Source of the DNA: an uncultured bacterium
GTDB lineage: Bacteria; SAR324; NAC60-12
Reading direction: 5' to 3'
DNA length: 26,279 nucleotides
Assembly (NCBI GenBank): GCA_965662845.1
Contig: CBFIJD010000039.1
Span: 1 to 26,279 of the forward strand
Positions 9,061-19,291 of this stretch are shown piece after piece. How positions within the stretch are numbered: position 1 is the stretch's first letter; every line of letters starts with the position of its first letter. Under the pieces are notes generated by a model that saw only the letters and a list, made by a program, of their open reading frames with translations, did not search any database and was not told the DNA's origin. The translations under genes were made by a program, and so were the position numbers.

Positions 9061-9116
9061 TTTTCTCCTGAGTTTATCTTCCTTTTTTGTGCGTTGCACA
9101 ATTTATTGTTCATGAA

Positions 9117-9146
9117 ATTTTAGCAATTTTCTTCTGTACAAATCAA
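9117..9146 (-). promoter_or_regulatory. Candidate sigma70 promoter for the TIGR03643 gene
   Basis: Minus strand TTGATT-N18-TAAAAT with an extended -10 TG (TGCTAAAAT). The palindrome TTGTGC-GTT-GCACAA lies just downstream (9087-9101). Confidence 0.4.
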
Positions 9147-9459
9147 ATGACCATGCTTTAATACTTCTCATAAGTTTCTGATTTATCGCGATTTTTATTT
9201 TCAAACTAGAATTGCGAATTTCCGCAAAATTTCAGAAATCTTTGTTTTTTCGCCAGCGAACGAAATTTCGCTAAAATCATTCCCCACGCGGCTTTATTTC
9301 TCATAATTCATAAAATCAGAGCACCGTTGTTGAATTATTTTCATCATACATAGCGAATTTTTCGCTCAACACCACCTCAAACAAGTCGCTTGGGAGGAAG
9401 CCTTGTTTGCCGTGGACGCAACGGAATTAGCATCGCTTCATTTACGAAAAAGGAGGCCT

Positions 9460-9912
9460 ATGCACCAAAGTCGTCCCTCAGCTTCAGCCCCCACCTTGGA
9501 GCTTTGCCTCTCCAGTGGGTTTCAGCCTCTCGCCATCTTCCGCGCTTCTGATGCGCGCCTGTTTTGCCAAGCGCTACGCAACGCTTGGTCGGAAGTACGG
9601 CACGCCCAAAATCAGCAACTCGCGGCGCTCCCCGCAGAATATCCCATCCGCCGCCAACAGCTCCGCGAGCAGTTCGCCGCCATCACACAGCTTGAGCTTT
9701 GGGTCTTTTGTCCAGAGCGACACAATTGGTTCAATGTGGGGGAGCCGCAATCGGAGCTTCTCTACAGCCACTGTCCCTTCGCCTACAAAGATCAATCCGC
9801 AGATCAAGAGTTTTTGTGGCAACGAGCGCTCAGCGCGTTCCGCGCTCTGAATCATCCTCTTGTCCCTGAGAAGACGCGCCGTTCGCGTCCTCAACTCACG
9901 GTCGTAGCTTGA
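9460..9912 (+). CDS. Hypothetical protein (150 aa)
   Basis: Perfect AGGAGG just upstream of ATG 9460. The ORF fills the gap before proC and has host-like GC. No family recognised. Confidence 0.65.
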   Translation: MHQSRPSASAPTLELCLSSGFQPLAIFRASDARLFCQALRNAWSEVRHAQNQQLAALPAEYPIRRQQLREQFAAITQLELWVFCPERHNWFNVGEPQSELLYSHCPFAYKDQSADQEFLWQRALSAFRALNHPLVPEKTRRSRPQLTVVA

Positions 9913-10027
9913 GAGCTGTTCATGTTCGCTCCGTAGCATCTGCTTTTCGCTGGACACTTCACTGGCTTCTCCTTTAGGTTCAGAGCTTTTGTTTTTCGCT
10001 CAGTACCGTTGATGGAGGACTGAAACC

Positions 10028-10831
10028 ATGAAGCTCGCCGTACTCGGAGTCGGCAACATGGGCGGCGCGATTGTGGACGCCGTCTTGCGCGCTCAATTAC
10101 TGTCTTCAGATGATTTGCTGCTGATCGAGGCACACCCAGAGCAACGCGCATCTCTCCGCGCGCGCTTTCAGTGCCTGATCACCGAGCAGGTCTCGGCGTT
10201 GCGACCTGAGTACAATTTTGTGCTGCTTGCGATCAAACCTCAGCAAGCGCCGAGCGTTCTCCCCGAACTGACCTCCGTACTCGACGCTTCTCAGACCTTG
10301 CTGTCGGTGTTGGCCGGCACCGCAATCCCAACCATTCAAGATTGGACGCAGCACCAGCGCGTCGCGCGCGTCATGCCCAATACGCCTGCTCAGATCGCTG
10401 CCGGCATGTCGGTCTATTATGCCGACGCGTCTGTGCCTCGGGAAGCCCGCTTGGGCATCCGCCAGATTTTTGAAGCCTGCGGCTCCTGCTTGGAAGTGCA
10501 CGCTGAGGAGCAAATTGATGCCGCCACCGCGATATCAGGCAGCGGCCCCGCCTATGTCTTCTACCTAGCAGAACAAATGGTCGCCCAAGCGCAAGAGCTG
10601 GGATTCAGCCCAGAAGAAGCCACCCAATTGACGCAACAGACGCTGCTGGGCGCCACACAGCTCTGGCAATCGGGCTCCTGGACGCCGACCGAGCTGCGAC
10701 AGCGCGTCACCTCCCCTGGCGGCACAACCGCCGCCGCCTTAGACACCTTTGACCAAAAACACGTTGGCCACTCGATCCAAGCGGGCCTCCAACAAGCCTT
10801 TCTGCGCGCTCGTGAGCTTTCGCGAGCCTGA
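10028..10831 (+). CDS. proC: Pyrroline-5-carboxylate reductase
   Basis: GVGNMGGAI, LAIKPQ, RVMPNTP, TAISGSGPAY and VTSPGGTT. GGAGG RBS. Confidence 0.96.
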   Translation: MKLAVLGVGNMGGAIVDAVLRAQLLSSDDLLLIEAHPEQRASLRARFQCLITEQVSALRPEYNFVLLAIKPQQAPSVLPELTSVLDASQTLLSVLAGTAIPTIQDWTQHQRVARVMPNTPAQIAAGMSVYYADASVPREARLGIRQIFEACGSCLEVHAEEQIDAATAISGSGPAYVFYLAEQMVAQAQELGFSPEEATQLTQQTLLGATQLWQSGSWTPTELRQRVTSPGGTTAAALDTFDQKHVGHSIQAGLQQAFLRARELSRA

Positions 10832-12154
<1,323 letters not shown>

Positions 12155-12168
12155 GGCATTAGGAGGGA

Positions 12169-12201
12169 GGAGGACACCTCTGCGGTGCAGACGCGTCCTC
12201 C
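12169..12201. terminator. GC-rich hairpin between convergent purA and arsRC (possible bidirectional terminator)
   Basis: GGAGGAC/GTCCTCC outer stem with TCTGC/GCAGA inner stem. No clear U-tract. Confidence 0.4.
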
Positions 12202-12212
12202 GAGGGGAGGGG

Positions 12213-13067
12213 CTACTTCTGCTTCCCGATGTTGTCCAGCTCTGCTTGGAGCGCCTTGGACTCCAACGCACGAATGGGCAAATTCAAGAAGATATCAATC
12301 CGTCGATACATCATGCCGTACACTTCGCGGAAGGCCGCCATCTTCTCTGTGTCGGTTCCAGTCACAGCGGCCGGGTCCGGCAAGGCCCAGTGCGCCGTCA
12401 AGAGTTGCCCTGGAAATGTTGGGCATCCCTGCTCTTTCACCGAATCACAGACCGTGAACACAAAACTGAACTCCGTCTTGAGTTCTAAAAATTGGTCCCA
12501 ACTCTTCGACTTAAACTCATCGGTGCGGTGCCCTTCGCTCTCCAAAACGCGAATGGTCAGCGGGTTGATCTCACCTTTGGGGTCGCTACCTGCGCTGTAA
12601 GCTTTGTAGCGGCCCATCGCAAATTTGTTCATGATAGCTTCGCCCATGATGCTGCGAGCAGAGTTGCCTGTGCACAGAAACAGGACGTTCAGAGGTTGGT
12701 TCGCATCCATATAAGACTCCGGATCAAGGGGTGTAGAGGACGAAAGGGTGCGCGGGTGATATTGCCAACCGCAGAGCTCCGGCCTTCCATAGCAACAGTC
12801 TTCCGTCAAAAACGTGAAGAACTGCCGCACAAAAGCTTGGTTCACATAATAGATGACTTGACGGTGAGACCGCCTTGAATATAGCAGCCCGCAACCCTCC
12901 ATCTGAGACAGGTGCGCCGAGAGCGTTGACGCTGGGACGCCGAGCGTGCGCCCAATCTCACCTGCCGCGAGTCCGTTGTCGTGTTCCCGCGTTAAGAGCC
13001 TGAAAATCTCCAGCCGCGTGGGTTGCCCCAAAGCGGAGAGCATTTTTGTTGCTTGTGCTACATCCAT
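12213..13067 (-). CDS. arsRC: ArsR-family As(III)-sensing repressor fused to thioredoxin-type (LMW-PTP fold) arsenate reductase ArsC
   Basis: N-half: ALGQPTRLEIFRLL, wHTH STLSAHL and C-terminal TEDCCYGRPELC. C-half: VLFLCTGNSARS, SAGS.P, SKSWD, TVCD...CP.FPG and HWALPDPA. Confidence 0.9.
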   Translation of the reverse strand: MDVAQATKMLSALGQPTRLEIFRLLTREHDNGLAAGEIGRTLGVPASTLSAHLSQMEGCGLLYSRRSHRQVIYYVNQAFVRQFFTFLTEDCCYGRPELCGWQYHPRTLSSSTPLDPESYMDANQPLNVLFLCTGNSARSIMGEAIMNKFAMGRYKAYSAGSDPKGEINPLTIRVLESEGHRTDEFKSKSWDQFLELKTEFSFVFTVCDSVKEQGCPTFPGQLLTAHWALPDPAAVTGTDTEKMAAFREVYGMMYRRIDIFLNLPIRALESKALQAELDNIGKQK

Positions 13068-13087
13068 ATTTCTATAGTTATGGAAAT
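13068..13087. promoter_or_regulatory. Putative ArsR operator
   Basis: Imperfect palindrome ATTTCtATAgtTATgGAAAT directly abutting the arsRC start codon. Confidence 0.6.
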
Positions 13088-13213
13088 CTCAAAACGAGAT
13101 CAAGTTAAACTGCGGGGGAACCTTCTTTTTCTGTGGTTCGCTCGCCGACGAGGGAGCGTCCCTCGCTCACGAGTTTTGTCACCACGACCTACACTTCTTT
13201 CAGGAGAGGCCCC

Positions 13214-14173
13214 ATGAATCCAACGATTTATCAGCAGTTTGCGGATGGCATCGTCGCGCTCGACACGCACATGATGCGACCGATTATGGTCTCGAGCCAC
13301 CTGATTCTGGAAGGCGGCAAGGCCGCTTTTGTAGATGTTGGCCCCTCCACCTCCGCGCCTCATTTGCTGGCCGCGCTCTCTGATTTAGGGCTCCAACGTG
13401 AAGATGTGTGGTACGTCCTCGCGACGCATGTGCATCTGGATCACGCGGGCGGGGTCGGTGTGATGATGCGAGAGCTGCCCAACGCCACGCTGGTCGTGCA
13501 CCCACGTGGGGCTCGGCACATGATTGACCCAAGCAAATTGATCGCTGGCGCAACCGCCGTTTATGGCGAAGAAGAGATCAAGCGAACCTACGGCGAGATT
13601 CTGCCTGTCCCCGAAGAGCGAGTAGTGATCGCTGAGGACAACTTCACCTTAGATTTTAACGGGCGCCCGATTCATTTTTGGGACACCCCTGGGCACGCGA
13701 AGCACCACAACTGCATCGTTGACGAGAAAACTCGCAGCGTCTTCACAGGGGATGCCTTCGGTCTCTCCTATCGAGAGTTTGACTCCGAAGACCAAGTCTT
13801 CATTTTGCCAACGACTTCTCCTGTGCAATTCGATCCCGAAGACATGCACGCGACGATTGACCGCGTCGCGAACTATCAACCTAGCGCCGTCATGTTGACC
13901 CACTTCAGCCGCTTGTCTTGGTCGGATCAGCTCGCTTCCGACCTCCACGAGCTTGTTGATGCGCACGTCGCTGCCGCAGAGAGCGCCCGACATCTGCAAG
14001 GAGACAAGCGAGTCCCCGTCATTAAAGAAGCGCTGTGGCGAGCGCTGTGGACAAAAATACAGCAACGCCAAGCGCCGGTGACCGCAGAGCGCGCCCAAGA
14101 GCTGCTGGCGTTGGACTGGGAGCTTAATGCGCAAGGGCTCATCTGCTGGTTAGACCGCACCTCCGCGACCTGA
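13214..14173 (+). CDS. MBL-fold metallo-hydrolase (glyoxalase II-like superfamily, substrate unknown)
   Basis: THVHLDHAGG, HPRGARHMIDP, TPGHAKHH, FTGD and THF. AGGAGAGG RBS before ATG 13214. Confidence 0.9.
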   Translation: MNPTIYQQFADGIVALDTHMMRPIMVSSHLILEGGKAAFVDVGPSTSAPHLLAALSDLGLQREDVWYVLATHVHLDHAGGVGVMMRELPNATLVVHPRGARHMIDPSKLIAGATAVYGEEEIKRTYGEILPVPEERVVIAEDNFTLDFNGRPIHFWDTPGHAKHHNCIVDEKTRSVFTGDAFGLSYREFDSEDQVFILPTTSPVQFDPEDMHATIDRVANYQPSAVMLTHFSRLSWSDQLASDLHELVDAHVAAAESARHLQGDKRVPVIKEALWRALWTKIQQRQAPVTAERAQELLALDWELNAQGLICWLDRTSAT

Positions 14174-14269
14174 ATCTAGCCTCTTCCCCATCCTGTGCGG
14201 GCCCTGCCACGGTCGGCGGCTCCTGCCCAGCACAGGCTCGTCTTGGCAGCCTGCTTACAAGCCCCGCTT

Positions 14270-14286
14270 TGCTTATTTTTTGTGCA
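14270..14286. promoter_or_regulatory. Candidate NtrC-type enhancer site
   Basis: 17-bp TGCTTATTTTTTGTGCA resembles TGCACC-N5-GGTGCA and lies about 100 bp upstream of the sigma54-like element. Confidence 0.55.
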
Positions 14287-14381
14287 CAAGCACAGTTCTT
14301 CGCCGCGTCTCCCGCCTCCTCAGATTCAGCCGAATATTTTTTTCACGAACGATTTCAGTAATTTACTCAATAATTTCCGGC

Positions 14382-14398
14382 TTGGTACATCCTCTGCT
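14382..14398 (+). promoter_or_regulatory. Candidate sigma54 (-24/-12) promoter of amtB
   Basis: TTGGTAC-ATCCT-CTGCT: GG-N10-GC spacing is exact. It is preceded by an AT-rich tract. Confidence 0.6.
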
Positions 14399-14477
14399 GA
14401 AGAGAGCATGCACGGACACCAAATCTGAATTCGGTGCTCACTTTCACGACATGCCTATATTTTTGACAGGAGACGTT

Positions 14478-15767
14478 ATGGAGTTCTCAGCCGAGATGAA
14501 ATATGTGCTGGATACGATCTGGCTTTTGATCAGCGGTGCGCTGGTAATGTGGATGGCCGCGGGCTTCGCGATGCTCGAAGCGGGCTTGGTGCGCAGTAAG
14601 AATACCACTGCGATCCTCACCAAAAATATCGGGCTCTACGCGCTCGCCTGCTTGGCCTATTATTTTATCGGGTACAACCTGATGTATGGCGAAGGGAACG
14701 CTTTCGTCGGCTCTGGTTTCGCTCTGTCGGGCACTTCTGCCGACGGACACAGCCTGCTCTCGGACTTCTTCTTCCAAGTGGTCTTTGTGGCGACTGCGGC
14801 GTCCATTGTTTCGGGGACCGTGGCTGAGCGCATTCGCTTCTGGCCGTTCATGATCTTCACGCTCATTCTCTCCGCGCTGATTTACCCCATCCAAGGACAC
14901 TGGAGCTGGGGCGGGACGGCTTTGGGTGGCTTGATGGATGGATTCAGCGATTTTGCCGGCTCTACGATTGTGCACTCTGCCGGTGGCTGGGCAGCCTTAG
15001 CCGGAGTCATCCTCTTGGGGGCCCGCAAGGGGAAGTACACCGCTGACGGCCGCGCTCACGCGATCCCGGGCTCCAACTTGCCTCTCGCGACGTTGGGGAC
15101 CTTTATCTTGTGGTTCGGCTGGTTCGGCTTCAACGGAGGTTCTCAGCTGGCGTTGGGGTCTAAGGATGACGTAGATGCGATCTCCGCCGTCTTGGCGAAC
15201 ACCAACATCGCAGCTTCGGCGGGGGCGGTTGTCGCGATGATTTTGACCCAAGTGCTTTACAAGAAGGTGGACCTGACGATGGTTCTGAACGGAGCGCTCT
15301 CTGGCTTAGTCGCCATCACCGCAGGACCCGACTATCCCTCAATGGCCTTGGCCGCGTTGATTGGTGGGATTGGTGGCGCCATCGTGGTGTATGCCGTACC
15401 GATGTTTGACAAGCTCAAGATTGATGATCCTGTCGGAGCGCTCTCCGTCCACTTGGTCAACGGCATCTGGGGAACCTTGGCGGTCGGCATCTTCAACCCA
15501 GACGTGTCTCTGGTCTCTCAGGTGATGGGGATTGTCTGCGTGGGAGCTTTTGTCTTCAGCGCGAGCTTTGGGGTGTGGTTCGTACTCAAAGTGACCATCG
15601 GGCTGCGCGTCTCGGAAGAAGAAGAATTCACAGGGCTCGACATGCCTGAGTTTGGGGTCTCCGCTTATCCCGAGTTCGTGGCGTCTTCGGCATACACCAT
15701 GGACTCCCCTGACCATGGCGAAACCAAGCAAGCTCCCGCTCCGGCTGGCAAGCTCGCCGCCAGTTAA
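14478..15767 (+). CDS. amtB: Ammonium transporter
   Basis: M.AGFAMLEAG, FFQ..F, SGTVAER, DFAGSTIVH, WFGWFGFNGGS, NGALSGLVAIT and DDPVGALSVH (twin His intact). AGGAG RBS before ATG 14478. Confidence 0.96.
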   Translation: MEFSAEMKYVLDTIWLLISGALVMWMAAGFAMLEAGLVRSKNTTAILTKNIGLYALACLAYYFIGYNLMYGEGNAFVGSGFALSGTSADGHSLLSDFFFQVVFVATAASIVSGTVAERIRFWPFMIFTLILSALIYPIQGHWSWGGTALGGLMDGFSDFAGSTIVHSAGGWAALAGVILLGARKGKYTADGRAHAIPGSNLPLATLGTFILWFGWFGFNGGSQLALGSKDDVDAISAVLANTNIAASAGAVVAMILTQVLYKKVDLTMVLNGALSGLVAITAGPDYPSMALAALIGGIGGAIVVYAVPMFDKLKIDDPVGALSVHLVNGIWGTLAVGIFNPDVSLVSQVMGIVCVGAFVFSASFGVWFVLKVTIGLRVSEEEEFTGLDMPEFGVSAYPEFVASSAYTMDSPDHGETKQAPAPAGKLAAS

Positions 15768-15841
15768 TCTCACTCCTCGCTGTGCCCTCTGCTACGGAGG
15801 GCCGGCTCTTACCTCTCGCCCTAACCTCCCCCTGCTCTCTC

Positions 15842-16138
15842 TCAGCACCTCCGCTTCTTTCGAGCCCACTCCACGTAGGTAGCCACGGGCTCGCTCTCCA
15901 GCAGAGCCGCTAAGGTGTTGTATGTCCGCCCTAGCTCCTTCTCGGCGTGAGATCGATGAATCATCCGATGACACGGACGGCACACGTTGATGCCGCGCGT
16001 GCGCATCTCTTCGCGGCTGAAATTCTTACGGAACCACTTATTGCTGTGACAACGGCGGGGGATCAAGTGATGGAAGGTCAGCTCGCAGTCGTGGCCGCAC
16101 AGCGCGCATTCTCCAAATTTGGCAGAGAGAGACGCCAT
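15842..16138 (-). CDS. Small HNH-like zinc-binding protein (YisB-like)
   Basis: CALC...TFHHLIP...CRPCHRMIH...EKELGRTYNT. Lies 15 bp downstream of argG. Confidence 0.75.
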   Translation of the reverse strand: MASLSAKFGECALCGHDCELTFHHLIPRRCHSNKWFRKNFSREEMRTRGINVCRPCHRMIHRSHAEKELGRTYNTLAALLESEPVATYVEWARKKRRC

Positions 16139-16153
16139 GCGGCAGCAGGGAGG

Positions 16154-17371
16154 TTAAGCGCGGTTCTTCAACTTGCGCTGGATGCGCAACGGTAAGGCAT
16201 GCAGCTTGATGAAGCCGTTCGCGTCCTGAGGATCATAGGAGCCACCGTCGTCTTCCATCGTCGCGACGTTCTCATCATACAAACTCAGCGGTGACTTGCG
16301 TCCGGTGACGGTGCAGTTGCCTTTGTAGAGCTCTAACCGAACGGTGCCGGTGACGTTCTCCTGAGTGTGACGCCCCATCGCCAACAACACCTCCATCTCC
16401 GGCGCAAACCAGAACCCGTTGTATGCCAACTGCGCGAAGCGCGGCATCAGCGAGTCTTTGAGATTGATCACGTTCCGATCCAACGTCAGCGACTCCACCG
16501 CTCGGTGCGCCGCGTGCAGGATCGTTCCTCCGGGGGTCTCATACACCCCTCGCGACTTCATGCCCACAAAGCGAGACTCGACCATGTCAACGCGCCCGAC
16601 CCCATGTTCTCCGCCAAGCTCGTTGAGCTTTTCTAGCAACTTGGCTGGCGACAGGCGCTCGCCGTCTACAGCCACCGGGACACCAGCTTCAAAATCAACC
16701 GTCAACTCTCGGGTTTGATCTGGGGCGTCTTGTGGAGACTTGGACAGCTCGAACATGTCGGCACGCGGCGCTTGCCAAGGGTCTTCGAGCATGCCGGACT
16801 CAAAGCTGATGTGCATCAGGTTCTCGTCTGAGCTCCACGGCTGCTGGACGGTCGCTTTGACAGGGATCCCATGCTCCTCGGCATAGGCCAACAGCTCCGT
16901 GCGGCCAGGGTACATCTCGTAGAAAGCTTTGATCTTCCAAGGCGCGACGACTTTGATGTCCGGCATCAGCGAATAGTAGGACAACTCAAAGCGGACCTGG
17001 TCGTTGCCTTTGCCGGTCGCGCCGTGTCCGACCGCCGTGGCGCCTTCGCGCTCAGCGACTTCAATTTGCTTCTTGGCAATCAGCGGTCGCGCTAGCGAAG
17101 TCCCCAGCAAATACGTGCCTTCATAGATCGCATTCCACTGAATGGCAGGCAGCACATAGTCTCGCACAAACTCTTCTTGCACATCTTCAATCAAGACCTT
17201 GACTGCGCCGGCTTTTGCGCCTTTTTCGCGGATTTCCTCTAAGTCTTCGACTTTTTGACCAAGATCCAAGCAGAGCGCGATCACATCGTAACCTTGCGCA
17301 TTCAGCCAGTGCACCAACACCGAGGTGTCCAGCCCGCCAGAGTAGGCGAGCACCAATTTTTCTCGAGACAT
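16154..17371 (-). CDS. argG: Argininosuccinate synthase
   Basis: LAYSGGLDTS, YLLGTSLARP, HGATGKGNDQVRFE, SSDENLMHISFE and GMKSRGVYETPG. Confidence 0.98.
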   Translation of the reverse strand: MSREKLVLAYSGGLDTSVLVHWLNAQGYDVIALCLDLGQKVEDLEEIREKGAKAGAVKVLIEDVQEEFVRDYVLPAIQWNAIYEGTYLLGTSLARPLIAKKQIEVAEREGATAVGHGATGKGNDQVRFELSYYSLMPDIKVVAPWKIKAFYEMYPGRTELLAYAEEHGIPVKATVQQPWSSDENLMHISFESGMLEDPWQAPRADMFELSKSPQDAPDQTRELTVDFEAGVPVAVDGERLSPAKLLEKLNELGGEHGVGRVDMVESRFVGMKSRGVYETPGGTILHAAHRAVESLTLDRNVINLKDSLMPRFAQLAYNGFWFAPEMEVLLAMGRHTQENVTGTVRLELYKGNCTVTGRKSPLSLYDENVATMEDDGGSYDPQDANGFIKLHALPLRIQRKLKNRA

Positions 17372-17428
17372 AACTTGTTGTAATGAGAGGGAAGTGAAGC
17401 CTCGCAGGGAGGCTAGAGCGGGGGTGAG

Positions 17429-17917
17429 TTAAGAAGCGCGGGACATGGACTCATCGTTGACAGTGTATTCTTCTTCACGCAAGGGTTCAGGATTTAGGCG
17501 GTCGACACGCAGAGCGACCGGCCCCTTCTTGCCCGGCCCAATTTCAAACTCAACGCGCTCTCCTTCGTTCAAGAAGCGAAACCCGTCTTGCTGAATCTCG
17601 GACTGGTGCACGAACAAGTCTTCGCCTTCGTCTTGGGCGATGAACCCAAAGCCTTTCTTCGCGTCAAACCACTTGACCGCGCCTTGGCGTCGGCCTTGGG
17701 GAATTGAGGCGCGAATGGCCTCGATTTGCTGAGCTTCGTTGTGGCGATAAGCCTGAATGCCGACAATGATGCCCATGCCTGCGATGGCTGACATTCCGAG
17801 CAGCAGGACAGGGTGCCGATCAGGGACTAAGATTTCTTGTTGCCACAAGTATCCCAAGAGACCCAAAATTCCTAATGTCAGCGTCCCGATCACGCTGAGT
17901 AAGACTTTGCTTTGCAT
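17429..17917 (-). CDS. Cold-shock domain protein with two N-terminal hydrophobic (transmembrane) segments
   Basis: [18 protein letters not shown] (RNP1), DLFVHQS (RNP2), [13 protein letters not shown] and GKKGP.A. N-terminal [21 protein letters not shown] and [18 protein letters not shown]. Confidence 0.85.
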   Translation of the reverse strand: MQSKVLLSVIGTLTLGILGLLGYLWQQEILVPDRHPVLLLGMSAIAGMGIIVGIQAYRHNEAQQIEAIRASIPQGRRQGAVKWFDAKKGFGFIAQDEGEDLFVHQSEIQQDGFRFLNEGERVEFEIGPGKKGPVALRVDRLNPEPLREEEYTVNDESMSRAS

Positions 17918-18033
17918 GTATTTTCCTATTTACGGGGAGTTGCATTGAAGGGGGGCTCAAGCGCGGCGCTCCGTTTCGTAATCGCTCTGCTCACAGCCCA
18001 TTTTGGTCATACAAATGTCTGTCCAAGCACTGG

Positions 18034-18975
18034 CTACAGGTCTTGCTCGGCCAGCCAGCGCTCGGCGTCCATTGCCGCCATGCAGCCGGTTCCTGCGGCG
18101 GTAATCGCCTGTCGATACACGTGATCTTGCGCATCGCCTGAAGCGAAGACCCCCTCAACGGAGGTGTAAGTCGAACCGGGCTTGACGATGATGTAGTCGT
18201 TCTCGTCCATCGTCAGCTTTCCTTTGAAAATCTGCGTGTTGGGTTGATGTCCAATCGCCACAAAGAGCCCTGTGAACGCATGCTCGCTCACTTCCCCCGT
18301 TTGGCGATTCTTCACGCGCAGTCCTGTCATGCCCGACTCATCTCCGAGCACTTCTTCCACCGCGCTGTTCCAGAGGAACTTGATCTTTTCATGCCTCTTG
18401 GCGCGCTCCTGCATAATCTGGCTTGCGCGGAGCTCGTCGCGGCGGTGGATGACCGTGACGCTCTTGCAGAGGTTGGCGAGATAGAGCGCCTCCTCCATGG
18501 CCGTGTCTCCGCCACCCACCACGGCGACGTCTTGGTTGCGGAAGAAGAAGCCGTCGCACGTCGCGCAGGCCGAGACGCCTCGGTTCATGTAGGCCTGTTC
18601 AGAGTCAATGCCCAGCCAGCGCGCGGAGGCGCCTGTCGAGATGATCAGAGCGTCGCAGGTCAACACCGACTCGTCGCCGAGTTGCAATTGGAACGGGCGC
18701 TCGCCGAGCTCTACTGAGGTGACCTCCCCTGTGATGAACTGCGTCTCAAAACGCTGCGCCTGCGCCTTGAACAGCTCCATGATCTCGGGGCCTTGGATGC
18801 CGTTCGGAAAGCCAGGGTAATTTTCGACTTCTGTGGTGATGGTGAGCTGTCCGCCGGGCTGATTGCCCGACACCAGCACTGGACGCAGGTTGGCGCGAGC
18901 CGCGTAAATCGCAGCAGTCAGCCCCGCAGGGCCGGATCCCAAAATGATCAACCGGTGATGTTGTGACGTTGACAT
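18034..18975 (-). CDS. trxB: Thioredoxin-disulfide reductase
   Basis: GSGPAG, GGQL..TTEVENYPG, GVSACATCDG, GGGDTAMEE, HRRD and YRQAITAAGTG. Confidence 0.97.
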   Translation of the reverse strand: MSTSQHHRLIILGSGPAGLTAAIYAARANLRPVLVSGNQPGGQLTITTEVENYPGFPNGIQGPEIMELFKAQAQRFETQFITGEVTSVELGERPFQLQLGDESVLTCDALIISTGASARWLGIDSEQAYMNRGVSACATCDGFFFRNQDVAVVGGGDTAMEEALYLANLCKSVTVIHRRDELRASQIMQERAKRHEKIKFLWNSAVEEVLGDESGMTGLRVKNRQTGEVSEHAFTGLFVAIGHQPNTQIFKGKLTMDENDYIIVKPGSTYTSVEGVFASGDAQDHVYRQAITAAGTGCMAAMDAERWLAEQDL

Positions 18976-19291
18976 AAGTGTTTTTCTGGAAGAAATGTGA
19001 TGCTTGCCTCTGTGCCCAAATCAAGCATTACTTTGATTTTATTGTTTTTTTGTAGGCACTCCAAAAAATGAAGAACCCATTCTACACTCAGGTTTGACTT
19101 TAGGTTCAAGACAAATTCCTGAGGAAACACTTTTGTCACATGGGCACTTTTCCTGCAGCTTTGACCTCGCTGACTCGCTGGCATGAGAATCTTCTCGCCT
19201 CATCTCCCTCCTTCCGCAACCACCAAAACAGCGAATGAAAAATTCACTTGCAAAACTAGTTGCGCCTTCTACCATATTTTGAGTTTGTGAA

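Noticed and set aside
14280..14477. 66-aa N-terminal extension of AmtB
   Set aside because: It spans the promoter-like elements, and a good AGGAG RBS supports ATG 14478.
17398..17414. AGCCTC/GAGGCT hairpin between the cold-shock gene and argG as a terminator
   Set aside because: Short 6-bp stem with no convincing U-tract; too weak to call.
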